Origin: a virus
Virus record (IMG/VR): IMGVR_UViG_3300031566_000021
Direction: 5' to 3' (one strand)
DNA length: 64,000 nucleotides
Shown piece by piece: positions 7,748 to 16,408 of the stretch; the first letter of the stretch is position 1; the number at the start of each line of letters is the position of its first letter. Made by a program: the position numbers and the translations under genes. The notes below the pieces were generated by a model, which was given only the letters and a program-made list of their open reading frames with translations, had not been told where the DNA came from and did not search any database.

Positions 7748-7951
7748 CTACTCCATATGTGAATGGTAGATGCACAGGTCGGCCAGGAACGCTTTGATCC
7801 CGGTTCTATCGTGGCTGGTAAAGCCCTCCCAGGAACTGTGGTCACTGTCCGCTAGGTAGGCCTTCAATGCCCTACCTAGCTCCTCGTCCGGTACTTCGGA
7901 CAGGGTATTAATGGATGTGTCAATGTGTGGGTCCTGCCTCTTCTTTGCCAT
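7748..7951 (-). CDS. small acidic hypothetical protein
   Basis: CCAGGAGA RBS. Confidence 0.7.
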   Translation of the reverse strand: MAKKRQDPHIDTSINTLSEVPDEELGRALKAYLADSDHSSWEGFTSHDRTGIKAFLADLCIYHSHME

Positions 7952-8001
7952 GGTCTCTTCTCCTGGTCGTTTTAATGGGCCCCATATTTATTGGGGCTAT
8001 T

Positions 8002-8029
8002 ATTATTATAGTTTAGTCCCTGTGGTCAA
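8002..8029 (-). promoter_or_regulatory. possible promoter for 7748-7951
   Basis: TTGACC followed by TATAATAATAAT; spacing is non-ideal (13, 16 or 19 nt). Confidence 0.4.
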
Positions 8030-8210
8030 ATCTAGGGCGGGCCGTTAAGTTTGACTAGTCCTTTTTAACGGACGGGTCCTCGGATGACATGTCCTCATCG
8101 CGTTGCGGAATTTGGAACGCGGTCGCACGGTCTAGGCTCATAGCGCGGCGGGACCGGTCAGTTTAAGGACATGTCCGCGAGCTCACGATGACATGTCCCC
8201 GATGGGGAAT

Positions 8211-8234
8211 AAAAGAAGGGGCCGAAGCCCCTTC
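8211..8234 (-). terminator. intrinsic terminator with cUUCGg loop
   Basis: Minus strand gaagggg-cttcgg-ccccttc-tttt after the HTH paralog 2 stop. Confidence 0.8.
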
Positions 8235-8239
8235 CCTTG

Positions 8240-8470
8240 TTAGACCTGCACTTCAGGCTTGGGCGTCTCGACCACCTTGGGCTTGGAGACCGGGGTGATC
8301 AGGACGTTGCGAACGTGCTGGTACCGAATGCCAAGGGCGACCGAAATCTCCTTCCTGGTTTTGCCCTGTGCGTTCAGGGCTCGAATCGCCCCGGACTTCG
8401 TACCATGCTGCTTGATCAGGTCTTTGGCCGTATCCGGCGCGACCTGGGTTTGGCTTTGGCTTTTGGTCAT
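8240..8470 (-). CDS. small HTH DNA-binding protein, paralog 2
   Basis: HGTKSGAIRALNAQGKTRKEISVALGIRYQHVRNVLITP; CCAGGAGATG RBS. Confidence 0.85.
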   Translation of the reverse strand: MTKSQSQTQVAPDTAKDLIKQHGTKSGAIRALNAQGKTRKEISVALGIRYQHVRNVLITPVSKPKVVETPKPEVQV

Positions 8471-8521
8471 TTGTCATCTCCTGGTTCTACATACGAGGCG
8501 TTATTGCCATCGTATGAACCT

Positions 8522-8551
8522 ATTATAAAGCAGACCAGCTATTGACCACAA
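8522..8551 (-). promoter_or_regulatory. sigma70-type promoter
   Basis: TTGTGG-18-TATAAT. Confidence 0.7.
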
Positions 8552-8595
8552 CGTGATTATATGAATGCCCGCAATAAAGGGCGCTTATGCTAAGT

Positions 8596-9079
8596 CCCCC
8601 GGGGTTACCCCTCGGATGACCGGTCCCCTGGGGTTGGGGGTGGATAAACGCGGGTGCACGGGCTAGCGTCTTAGCCCCTCGGAGGGGTCCCGTTACCCCG
8701 AAGGGGTAATACGCCTTGGCACTCTCTAGGCCCTATATACGCCCGGGCCCGGTCCCGAAGGGGTAATAAAACGTTGGCACGGTCTAGCGTCATAGCGGGC
8801 CCCCTATATACCGGGGGGTATATATAGGACATGTCCCTATGGGGGGTATATAGGGGGGGGGTATACATGTCCCTATATAGGGTATACTATATACCTATAT
8901 ACCTATACTATATACCTATACCTGTATAGTACTAGTACCTAGGTAGGTATAGTTATAGTACTAGTCCCTACGACCTACTAGGAGGCACCGTCGTGATACC
9001 CCTACCCGGAGGAGGGGTAAGATTGGAATACCCATCCCGCGCGCATGGGCTAGTGTAACACCCCCCCGGGGACCGGTCC
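8596..9079. other. palindrome- and G/C-run-dense non-coding region; candidate packaging site or origin
   Basis: ttacccc-gaa-ggggtaa, cccct-cgg-agggg, ccctatataggg, tacctaggta, tagtacta, G6/G9 runs and cctata repeats; lies upstream of the terminase genes. Confidence 0.5.
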
Positions 9080-9085
9080 TACAAA

Positions 9086-9125
9086 TAAAAAATAAGAACT
9101 ATTCTTAACTAAGAATAGTTCTTAT
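9086..9125 (-). terminator. AT-rich intrinsic terminator
   Basis: Perfect 16-bp inverted repeat 9092-9125 (ataagaactattctta-ac-taagaatagttcttat) followed by a T-run on the minus strand. Confidence 0.75.
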
Positions 9126-9140
9126 CTAAAGATCAATTAT

Positions 9141-9350
9141 TTATTTTATAACCTTAGGATTTTTGATTGGTGTAATAAGAACGTTTCTTACATGTTGATA
9201 ACGAATGTTAAGAAGAAGAGCAATTTCTTTTCTCGTGAAGTTTTGTTGATTAAGAGAACGAATCGCAGATGATTTTGTTCCATATTTATTTATTAGTTCA
9301 AGAGATGAAAGATCTTTATCTTCTTTATGATCAATTTGAATTTTGTTCAT
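9141..9350 (-). CDS. small HTH DNA-binding protein, paralog 3 (low-GC copy)
   Basis: YGTKSSAIRSLNQQNFTRKEIALLLNIRYQHVRNVLITP; hand count 57/210 G+C (27%); TAAGGA RBS. Confidence 0.85.
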   Translation of the reverse strand: MNKIQIDHKEDKDLSSLELINKYGTKSSAIRSLNQQNFTRKEIALLLNIRYQHVRNVLITPIKNPKVIK

Positions 9351-9450
9351 AATTAAAATTCCTTATCTACTAATTAGACTAATCACAATTGACTAGTCAC
9401 TAACATCATAACTTGATCATCAAGAAAGAACAACTCAAAAACTTAATGAC

Positions 9451-9479
9451 GTTATAAACAAACCTTATTTACTTGTCCA
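9451..9479 (-). promoter_or_regulatory. probable promoter of the low-GC HTH gene
   Basis: TGGACA-17-TATAAC. Confidence 0.5.
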
Positions 9480-9574
9480 GTAGGGCCGTAGAAAATGTGG
9501 GCAATTTTGTATAAACCGGGGGACATATAGCAGACCAGGAAATTTTTTGGAAAAAATCCTACCAGACTTAAGGG

Positions 9575-9619
9575 ACCATCAAAAACAGGTTGACCCACCC
9601 TAGGAGATACCTATATAAT
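9575..9619 (+). promoter_or_regulatory. terminase operon promoter with ACCATCA box
   Basis: ACCATCA 9575-9581, 8 nt, TTGACC 9590-9595, 18 nt, TATAAT 9614-9619. Confidence 0.8.
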
Positions 9620-9625
9620 AGAGGT

Positions 9626-10735
9626 ATGAACGCACCATCCCAAGAGAGGCAGCTGGTCATCCCCAATCAAGACAGCCAAGCTGCCGTAGATCTTAAACTG
9701 TCCTACAGGGCAGATCTGGCGAGACGTGCTGCGTCAAGACTACCGATGACAGCTGAGGGTCTCCCAGTTGGCTTCTATCGTGTGGATCTTCTTCCCGCGA
9801 CCAGAGAGGAGCTACAGGGCAGCAGCGAAGCCGATGCACTACGGATTGCATACCAAGACCTGTCCTACGAATTCGGGTATCCCACTCTACAAGACGGGAG
9901 ACCTTTCTGGCACAAGCTGGAATTCGAAGCCAGCCTAGCCTATGGATGCTTCCAGGTCTACTTGGATCGACAGGATGAAGGCCCAAGAGAGCTGACCCAG
10001 CTTGCTTTGAACGGCGAGCTGATGGACATCTTCAGACGCAGGAATGAGGCGGAAGGTGGTACGAATACTTGGACCTTCGAGCAGACCCTCCAGACCCTCC
10101 AAGAGTTTAGCGCCCTGCACTATTGGCGGTATCGCGCTAAGGCTTACGACGTATATAAAGAGGCGGCGTACAGACATATCCGTCTACGTAGACAGTCGAG
10201 TACGGAGGACGAGCATTTCCAACTCGCCAAGACCTTGATGACTAAGTTGCAAGATCAGGTCCTGAATAAGCCCGACTTCTTCAAGGAGATGGCTCCGAAG
10301 GTAGCAGTTGATCTCCTACATAAGCTAGTCGCTATCCAGCGCATCTCTACTGGCTTGCCTGCCACGGGCCCCCTAGCAAATAAAGAAGCTCCGGAGGACA
10401 CATCTTTCGAGATGATCCTGAGAAGTCTAAGTCAGAGAGCTGGTCAAGAGCTAGGTGGGACAATGTACGACCAATCAGGGGAAGTCGTCGAAGGCGGCAA
10501 AGGTATCCTAGCAAGGGTCCTAGAGGATAGAGACAATGTCACCCTGATGCAGGAGATGGTTGTTCGCGTAACAAGGGCGACTCAAAGCAGCCAGGACGCT
10601 CGTAATGCCAGCAACACCCACCGTAAGTTCAAGGGACGCAACCTTAGTGGTAGAGGTCCCATCAGTAGTGAGGACACCCTCCCTTATGATGTGAGCGGTG
10701 CTCCAGGTGAGAACGTGGGCGATGGAAACGAGTAA
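9626..10735 (+). CDS. putative terminase small subunit
   Basis: Directly upstream of and overlapping terL; W..RA.AYD motif; ATG 9626 chosen because TTG 9590 is the -35 element. Confidence 0.6.
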   Translation: MNAPSQERQLVIPNQDSQAAVDLKLSYRADLARRAASRLPMTAEGLPVGFYRVDLLPATREELQGSSEADALRIAYQDLSYEFGYPTLQDGRPFWHKLEFEASLAYGCFQVYLDRQDEGPRELTQLALNGELMDIFRRRNEAEGGTNTWTFEQTLQTLQEFSALHYWRYRAKAYDVYKEAAYRHIRLRRQSSTEDEHFQLAKTLMTKLQDQVLNKPDFFKEMAPKVAVDLLHKLVAIQRISTGLPATGPLANKEAPEDTSFEMILRSLSQRAGQELGGTMYDQSGEVVEGGKGILARVLEDRDNVTLMQEMVVRVTRATQSSQDARNASNTHRKFKGRNLSGRGPISSEDTLPYDVSGAPGENVGDGNE

Positions 10736-12290
10736 CGGCGGTCTAGATCTGTCCCTCGAGATAGAGGGCATCCTGGATCCTAGGTCTAAGGAGTTCCAGG
10801 AGGCGATCAAGTTAACACCAGCTACCTTAGCGCACTATCGTACCAGAGGTAAGTGGGAGCCCGCTGAGCATCTGATGTTCGTATCCAGCATCCTGGCAAA
10901 CGAGATTACCCAGGGTGATGCTAGGATCATCGTCGAAATGCCCCCGAGGCACGGTAAATCCGAGGAGATAAGTGTTCACACTCCGACGTGGTTCTTGGAG
11001 AAGTTCCCTTGGGCACAAACGATCCTGACAACCTACGCCAGCGACCTTAGTATCAGCTTCGGTCGCCGCGTACGAGACAATTTCCTGGCCGATGAGAGTG
11101 GCATCCTTAGTACTCGCCTAAGAGATGACGTCCAACGCACCGACAGGTTCCTTACGACCGCAGGTGGTGGGATGTACTCCGTAGGTATCGGAGGTCCAAT
11201 CACAGGTTTCGGTGCTCACCTCTTAGTCGTGGACGACTACCTGAAGAATTGGATGGAGGCAAGTAGTGATACTACTATCAAAGCCATCCAAGACTGGTTC
11301 CTCACAACTGCCTATACTCGACTAGAACCAGGCGGTAGCTGCGTCATCCTGGCAACACGCTGGGTAATCGACGACTTGATTGGCTACTTAATAGAGAACG
11401 ACGCAGAGCACATGTGGACGGTGATCAGGCTTCCAGCTATAGCGGAGGAGAATGATCTCCTAAACCGTGAAATAGGTGAGGCTCTTTGGCCCGCTCGTTA
11501 TCCCATCGAAAAGCTGTTCCAGATCAAGCGGGTAATGGGCACCTACATGTTTGACGCGATGTACCAGCAAAACCCGAAGAAGGTCGGAGAGTCTAAAGCA
11601 AACGTCGAGATGCTCCGGATTTATGAGGAGATCCCAACTCCTACGGCCTTTAGGTGGGTACGAAGCTGGGATCTAGCAGCAACCGGGACAAATGAGAAGA
11701 AGAAGACCGGAGGTAAGAAACATAAGGGAGACTGGTCAGTAGGTACCCTCATAGGGACAAATGGTCGGGCAGGGAGTCCAACAGCCATTACGATCCTCGG
11801 CGATATGGTCCGTGAGCGATTGCGTCCAAGCCAACTAGAGGATAAGATCCTCGAAACGGCCCAAGCTGATGGCCCGAGTATCCCGATTGTTATCGAACAG
11901 GAGCCCGGTGCTAGTGGCAAAGGGTTCGCCGAGCATCTCGCAACCAATATCCTCCGGGGCTACCGAGTCGAGATCAAGCCTCCTAGTGGCGGGAACAAGT
12001 GGATTCGGGCTCAGCCGTATATCGCAGCGGTCGATCACGGTCGTGTAGGTATGCTCCGGGCAATCTGGAACGACATACATAAAGGGGAGCTGAGAGACTT
12101 CCCCGATGCTAAGTTCGATGATACCGTTGACTCGGCCGCACAAGGCTTCAACCATCTACATCTAACCAAGGTATTAGTACCTACTTGGGGTCGCACCCAA
12201 GGTGGTATCGTAGTCCCAGCAGCGCAGAAATTAGTCACTGGGGCCGTGTTCGGTCGCAGAGTCACTCCTTCTCCTACTACCACTCACTAG
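10722..12290 (+). CDS. terL: terminase large subunit
   Basis: Walker A PPRHGKS, Walker B LLVVDD, nuclease motifs RSWDLAA and DDTVDS. Confidence 0.95.
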   Translation: METSNGGLDLSLEIEGILDPRSKEFQEAIKLTPATLAHYRTRGKWEPAEHLMFVSSILANEITQGDARIIVEMPPRHGKSEEISVHTPTWFLEKFPWAQTILTTYASDLSISFGRRVRDNFLADESGILSTRLRDDVQRTDRFLTTAGGGMYSVGIGGPITGFGAHLLVVDDYLKNWMEASSDTTIKAIQDWFLTTAYTRLEPGGSCVILATRWVIDDLIGYLIENDAEHMWTVIRLPAIAEENDLLNREIGEALWPARYPIEKLFQIKRVMGTYMFDAMYQQNPKKVGESKANVEMLRIYEEIPTPTAFRWVRSWDLAATGTNEKKKTGGKKHKGDWSVGTLIGTNGRAGSPTAITILGDMVRERLRPSQLEDKILETAQADGPSIPIVIEQEPGASGKGFAEHLATNILRGYRVEIKPPSGGNKWIRAQPYIAAVDHGRVGMLRAIWNDIHKGELRDFPDAKFDDTVDSAAQGFNHLHLTKVLVPTWGRTQGGIVVPAAQKLVTGAVFGRRVTPSPTTTH

Positions 12291-12301
12291 GACGCCACAT
12301 C

Positions 12302-13714
12302 ATGGCCTCAAGCCTTATCTCCCGAGCTCTACTCGCTGTCAAAGCTGGAATGTCGTTTGGTGGTGCACGAGATCTGTACTCCCAGTTTGGGTATCCGCAA
12401 AACCTTTTACACGACCAGCTTCTGGCTAAGTATCAGCGCCAAGACTTGGCTGCACGAGTCGTCGATATGCCCCCAGAGGAGATGTGGAGTCATCCCCCGA
12501 CTTTAAAAGGTCCGGAGAAGGCTATTAAGCCCTGGGAGGACTTCGTCAAGAAGATGGGCCTCTGGGACAAAGTCATCCAAGCAGACAAGCTATGCTCCTT
12601 TGGTGAGTTCTCCGTCCTATGGGTAGGAACATCAGGTTCAGCAAACACACCCACCACAAGAGGGAGAGATCTGGACGACTTTCTATACGTCCAAGCCTAT
12701 GGTGGGCAGAATGTGGAGATCAAGACCTTCGAGAACGATCCCACAAAGAGGCGCTACGGTCAGCCTCTGACATATCAAGTAACCCTTGGACCTAGAAATC
12801 AGATAAGAACTGTACCTGTCAGTCATACAAGGATCGTGCATATCGTGGATCGTCCCCTTCAGGGCCTCATGCTAGGAGAGCCTCGGCTCGCTCAAGTGTA
12901 CAACGTCCTGGATGACCTATTGAAGACGGCAGGTGGATCCGCAGAACTCTACTGGTTGACAGCCAATCGTGGTATGCAGGTGGATGTCGATAAGGACATG
13001 GAGCTCAATGAGGCCGATGCAACGGCGCTAGCTGATGAGTTGGATGAGTTCCAGCATCAGCTGAGAAGGTTCATCCGAACAAGAGGTGTACAGGTTAAAT
13101 CCCTTGGTGCCGACGCTACTGACCCGCGTGGAGTTTTCCAAGTTCTCCTGTCTGTGCTCAGTGGCGCAACGAGTATTCCCCAGAGGATCCTGATTGGGAG
13201 TGAAGCGGGTCAGTTGGCAAGTGAACAAGATCGTGCGAACTGGGCCGAATACATCAATCGCCGCAGAGCCGTGTTTGGCGAGCCCTTCGTCCTCAAGCCC
13301 ATCATCAAGTACCTAGAAGGGGTGAAATACCTCGATGAAGGCACCTGGGAAAAAGCCGAGTGGAAATGGCCTGAGTCTTTCCACATGTCGCCGTTGGAGG
13401 AAGGTCAGACGATGGCCGCAAAGGCGCGAGCTGTTGCCAATCTATCCAGACGCAACCAGTTTAACAACCCATTGGTTACGGACGAAGAGGTTCGTATATG
13501 GGTGGGTCTCCCAGAAGAAGTGGAAGGTACTCTCCCGGTACCGTATGTTGCTCCGCAACCGGACAATACAGACCCGAATAACGACGATGACAACGAGGAC
13601 GGGGATAACACGGGCGGAACGGGTCGAGCTCAGCCAGGTCGAACAGGTGGAGGCGAGAGGTCTCCAACAGTCCAAGAGACTCTCCCAGGAATTCGCCGGA
13701 TAAGAGAAGGGTAA
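12302..13714 (+). CDS. portal protein (DUF1073-type)
   Basis: Position after terL, ~470 aa, LAARVVDMPPEE and IPQRILIGSEAGQLAS patterns. Confidence 0.85.
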   Translation: MASSLISRALLAVKAGMSFGGARDLYSQFGYPQNLLHDQLLAKYQRQDLAARVVDMPPEEMWSHPPTLKGPEKAIKPWEDFVKKMGLWDKVIQADKLCSFGEFSVLWVGTSGSANTPTTRGRDLDDFLYVQAYGGQNVEIKTFENDPTKRRYGQPLTYQVTLGPRNQIRTVPVSHTRIVHIVDRPLQGLMLGEPRLAQVYNVLDDLLKTAGGSAELYWLTANRGMQVDVDKDMELNEADATALADELDEFQHQLRRFIRTRGVQVKSLGADATDPRGVFQVLLSVLSGATSIPQRILIGSEAGQLASEQDRANWAEYINRRRAVFGEPFVLKPIIKYLEGVKYLDEGTWEKAEWKWPESFHMSPLEEGQTMAAKARAVANLSRRNQFNNPLVTDEEVRIWVGLPEEVEGTLPVPYVAPQPDNTDPNNDDDNEDGDNTGGTGRAQPGRTGGGERSPTVQETLPGIRRIREG

Positions 13715-13715
13715 G

Positions 13716-14213
13716 ATGTCCCTGTATACCAGAGCTCGCGAGCATATCCGAGGTGGAGACCTTCTAGCTTGGAGTCACCGAGGACTGGATAGCTGGTATG
13801 ACTTTAAGGTCCAATTAGTGAGGATGGTGACCAGGAGCGAGTACTCCCATGTTGCAATGGCTTTCCCTTGTGGTAATCGTCTGCTTGTCCTAGAGGCTGT
13901 GATCCCGAGAGTACGGATCTATCCACTATCCATGTTGCTCCCGTGTGAGTGGTTTCCCTTAAACTTGGACTGGACCCGAGAGAATGAAGACATCGCTCTA
14001 GGTACGGTTGGACAGGGGTATTCCCAGCTCCAGGCTGTGATTGGTTACTTTCGGAAGGCTAAGGGTCCCCCTGATAAGCTCTGGTCTTGCGCCGAGCACT
14101 TCATCATAACAGGGAGCAACCACTTCGAGTGCGAGGAAACACCCTCGGCGGTGGTCCAAGTTGCTAGGGAACGGGGCGTGGCTAGCAAGCTTCTTAGTCA
14201 CGATTTTGAGTAG
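13716..14213 (+). CDS. permuted papain-like amidase (YiiX/YebB-like, NlpC/P60 superfamily)
   Basis: GDLL...YSHVAM (His) precedes WSCAE (Cys), the permuted order. Confidence 0.75.
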   Translation: MSLYTRAREHIRGGDLLAWSHRGLDSWYDFKVQLVRMVTRSEYSHVAMAFPCGNRLLVLEAVIPRVRIYPLSMLLPCEWFPLNLDWTRENEDIALGTVGQGYSQLQAVIGYFRKAKGPPDKLWSCAEHFIITGSNHFECEETPSAVVQVARERGVASKLLSHDFE

Positions 14214-14270
14214 GGTAGGGTACGGCTGCGGCCTACTCATGAGACTGGCCGTTAGTCGCGGGCGAGAAAT

Positions 14271-14315
14271 TTAATGGTCGTAGACTTGATTGTCCTATGG
14301 TATATCCTATATAAT
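14271..14315 (+). promoter_or_regulatory. capsid operon promoter with inverted box
   Basis: TTGATT 14286-14291, 18 nt, TATAAT 14310-14315; TTAATGGT (reverse complement ACCATTAA) at 14271-14278. Confidence 0.7.
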
Positions 14316-14398
14316 CAAAGTATGGGACGTCCGTCTCCAGTTGTTAGTTAGCACACAGTCGCGGTCAAAACTAGGAACTACAACGCAGGAGCGGCGCC

Positions 14399-15889
14399 TT
14401 GAAGCCGAAGCCGAAGCCGAACGACGTTTACGCCCATCGGGAAGTCAAGCTATACATACAGCGCGATTCCACGGGTGGACAAGAATTCGAGATTAAGACC
14501 CTCAGTGGTCGTAAACACACAATCGTACCGTCGATCATCCTCACTGAAGGGGTACTCTGGAGCAGTAATGCTGCCCACCCAGCCCTAGCACTGGCTGAGG
14601 AGTTCGGTTTATTTCCCCAGGCATGGGACGGTAGACCAGTAGTATTTGGTCACCCCCAGCTAAACAATGAACCGGTGAGTGCCAACTTACCCGTCATCTG
14701 GGATCAAGAGGTTATCGGCCAGCTCTTCGGCACGAGCCTCAAGGAAAACAAGAAGCTAGCCACGTTCCTGTGGCTGGATCAGCAGAAAACTCCGCAGGAA
14801 GTCTTCAATCGTCTCGAGGCGGGTGACGCTATTGAGGTGTCTACTGGCCTGTTTACCCTCGAGGAACAAGCCGAAGGGGTGCACGAAGGCGACAAGTTCG
14901 AGGTCATTTGGCGCAATATCATGCCCGATCACCTTGCAGTTCTGCCCGAGGGGACCAAAGGAGCCTGCAGTATAGAGGACGGATGTGGCGCCCCCAGGAC
15001 CAACCAAGGAAGGGATATTTACATGAGTAAGGACCTGAAAACTGCGGATTCTGCGCTAAATCCGGCCGAAAAGGCGCCTGAAATCAGCGTTTCCCGCCGG
15101 ATTTTCGACGGTTTCCTACGTGTTCTAGGCTTGGGACTGAAGACTAGCGAGATTTCCGACCAGGATCGCAGAACTGCATTGGAAATGGCTCTGGGAGCGA
15201 AATTCCCGGAGACCTTCAGCTATGTTGTGGCCGTCTTCAACGAATCCTTCGTGTATGCCACTCTGACGGATGACTTTCAGTGGCGTACCTACCAACAGAA
15301 CTACACCTTGAGTGAGGGTGGCGCGATCACTTTGGGTGAGGAGCGGACAGAGGTTCGCCCTGAGACTGACTTCGTGCCGTTTGTGGTCAATAGTCAGGGA
15401 CAGTCTACCTTAACCGATAAGGAAACCAGCAACATGTCCGATCCGAAGAAACCCGATGAGGGTCTACCTGAAGCAACGGGTGCCCCAGCAGTAGCAGCAG
15501 CGGCGGCTCCCGCCGAGACGAAGAAGATCTCGTCCCAAGAAGAGCTGATCGCCAATGCCGAAACCGGCTTTGCCGCTTCGGTCAATGAGGCGCTCGCGTA
15601 CACTCAAGCCCGTCGTGACTCCTTGATCAAGGATCTCGAAGCCAAGGCCGACATGTCGTCCGAGGAGCTCCAAGGGCTCAGCATCAACGTACTCGAGAAG
15701 ATGTCCAAGGCAGTGACGACCCCGGCAGCTCCAGCAGCGGCAATCCCGGCGGTTCCAGCTGTAAACGCGGAAGCAGCAGACTATTCCGGTGCGGCCGGAA
15801 CGGGACGCGACGCCGCGGGCAAAGGGCCGGCTTTCACGCCAGCTCTGAAAGTGTTCGAAGGCAAGAAGGACGAACAAGCCGCCGCCTAG
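14399..15889 (+). CDS. prohead protease/scaffold (DUF2213-type)
   Basis: HP, EVSTG, DHLAVLP...GACS..DGCG motifs, low-complexity Ala-rich C-terminal scaffold; start uncertain. Confidence 0.8.
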   Translation: MKPKPKPNDVYAHREVKLYIQRDSTGGQEFEIKTLSGRKHTIVPSIILTEGVLWSSNAAHPALALAEEFGLFPQAWDGRPVVFGHPQLNNEPVSANLPVIWDQEVIGQLFGTSLKENKKLATFLWLDQQKTPQEVFNRLEAGDAIEVSTGLFTLEEQAEGVHEGDKFEVIWRNIMPDHLAVLPEGTKGACSIEDGCGAPRTNQGRDIYMSKDLKTADSALNPAEKAPEISVSRRIFDGFLRVLGLGLKTSEISDQDRRTALEMALGAKFPETFSYVVAVFNESFVYATLTDDFQWRTYQQNYTLSEGGAITLGEERTEVRPETDFVPFVVNSQGQSTLTDKETSNMSDPKKPDEGLPEATGAPAVAAAAAPAETKKISSQEELIANAETGFAASVNEALAYTQARRDSLIKDLEAKADMSSEELQGLSINVLEKMSKAVTTPAAPAAAIPAVPAVNAEAADYSGAAGTGRDAAGKGPAFTPALKVFEGKKDEQAAA

Positions 15890-15958
15890 CCAGGCGAAGT
15901 AATATCGGCAGTCATCCAGTCGACAAAAAATCCGACCTGAAATGAAAAGGAAGTAAAC

Positions 15959-16408
15959 ATGGCAAGCAAAACCATCTGGCTAAAGGGCGACGGACTCGTC
16001 AAAGAAGCCAATGCCGGGGGCGCAATCACTCCTGGGCATCTCGTCTTCATCGCCACCGACGGCGATGTCGAAGTTCACGGTACGGCTGCAGTGAACGCCA
16101 TTCCGGCGTTTGCTCTGGAAGCGGACTTCATCGGCAAGGGCATCGACGTAGCCTATGCCGCTGGTGAACGCGTCCAGTACTTGATGCCGCAGAGGGGCGC
16201 GGAAATCTTCGCCCTGGTCGCAGCTTCGGCAGCGGCAATCGTCATCGGGGATTACCTCGAATCAGCCGGCGACGGCACGGTTCGAATCCTCACGGCAGCT
16301 GCAGCAACGTCGGAAGCAGCCCGGCAATCCGTGGTCGCTCGCGCGATCGAAGCGGTCGATAACTCCGGTGGAGGTTCGCCGGCGCGTATCAAGATCGAAG
16401 TCGTCTAA
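15959..16408 (+). CDS. capsid decoration/cement protein
   Basis: Position between protease and MCP, Ala/Gly-rich, strong codon bias. Confidence 0.65.
   Translation: MASKTIWLKGDGLVKEANAGGAITPGHLVFIATDGDVEVHGTAAVNAIPAFALEADFIGKGIDVAYAAGERVQYLMPQRGAEIFALVAASAAAIVIGDYLESAGDGTVRILTAAAATSEAARQSVVARAIEAVDNSGGGSPARIKIEVV

Larger units (their letters stand above)
7397..9079. repeat. two interspersed short-motif arrays
   Basis: (G/T)GAC-NN-GTCC-like palindrome at 7455, 8070, 8085, 8151, 8167, 8189, 8617, 8827, 9070 plus a degenerate copy near 8863; GCACGG(T/G)CTAG at 7397, 8125, 8656, 8777 with variants at 8719, 9043. Confidence 0.8.

Noticed and set aside
8671-8868. 65-aa minus-strand ORF MYTPPLYTPHRD...
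   Set aside because: Arises from low-complexity palindromic DNA; no RBS
7397-9079. CRISPR or mini-CRISPR array
   Set aside because: Repeats are only 10-14 nt, degenerate and irregularly spaced; no cas genes (the PD-(D/E)XK gene sits in a standard exonuclease-Sak4-SSB module)
9590-9625. TTG start at 9590 for terS as in the ORF track
   Set aside because: It coincides with the -35 hexamer of the promoter and would not be transcribed
12302-13714. Anti-CBASS label sometimes attached to DUF1073 proteins
   Set aside because: Size and position between terL and the prohead protease indicate a portal; no separate phosphoesterase-like domain recognised
16279-16289. GGTTCGAATCC T-loop motif
   Set aside because: Inside the decoration-protein CDS with no cloverleaf around it
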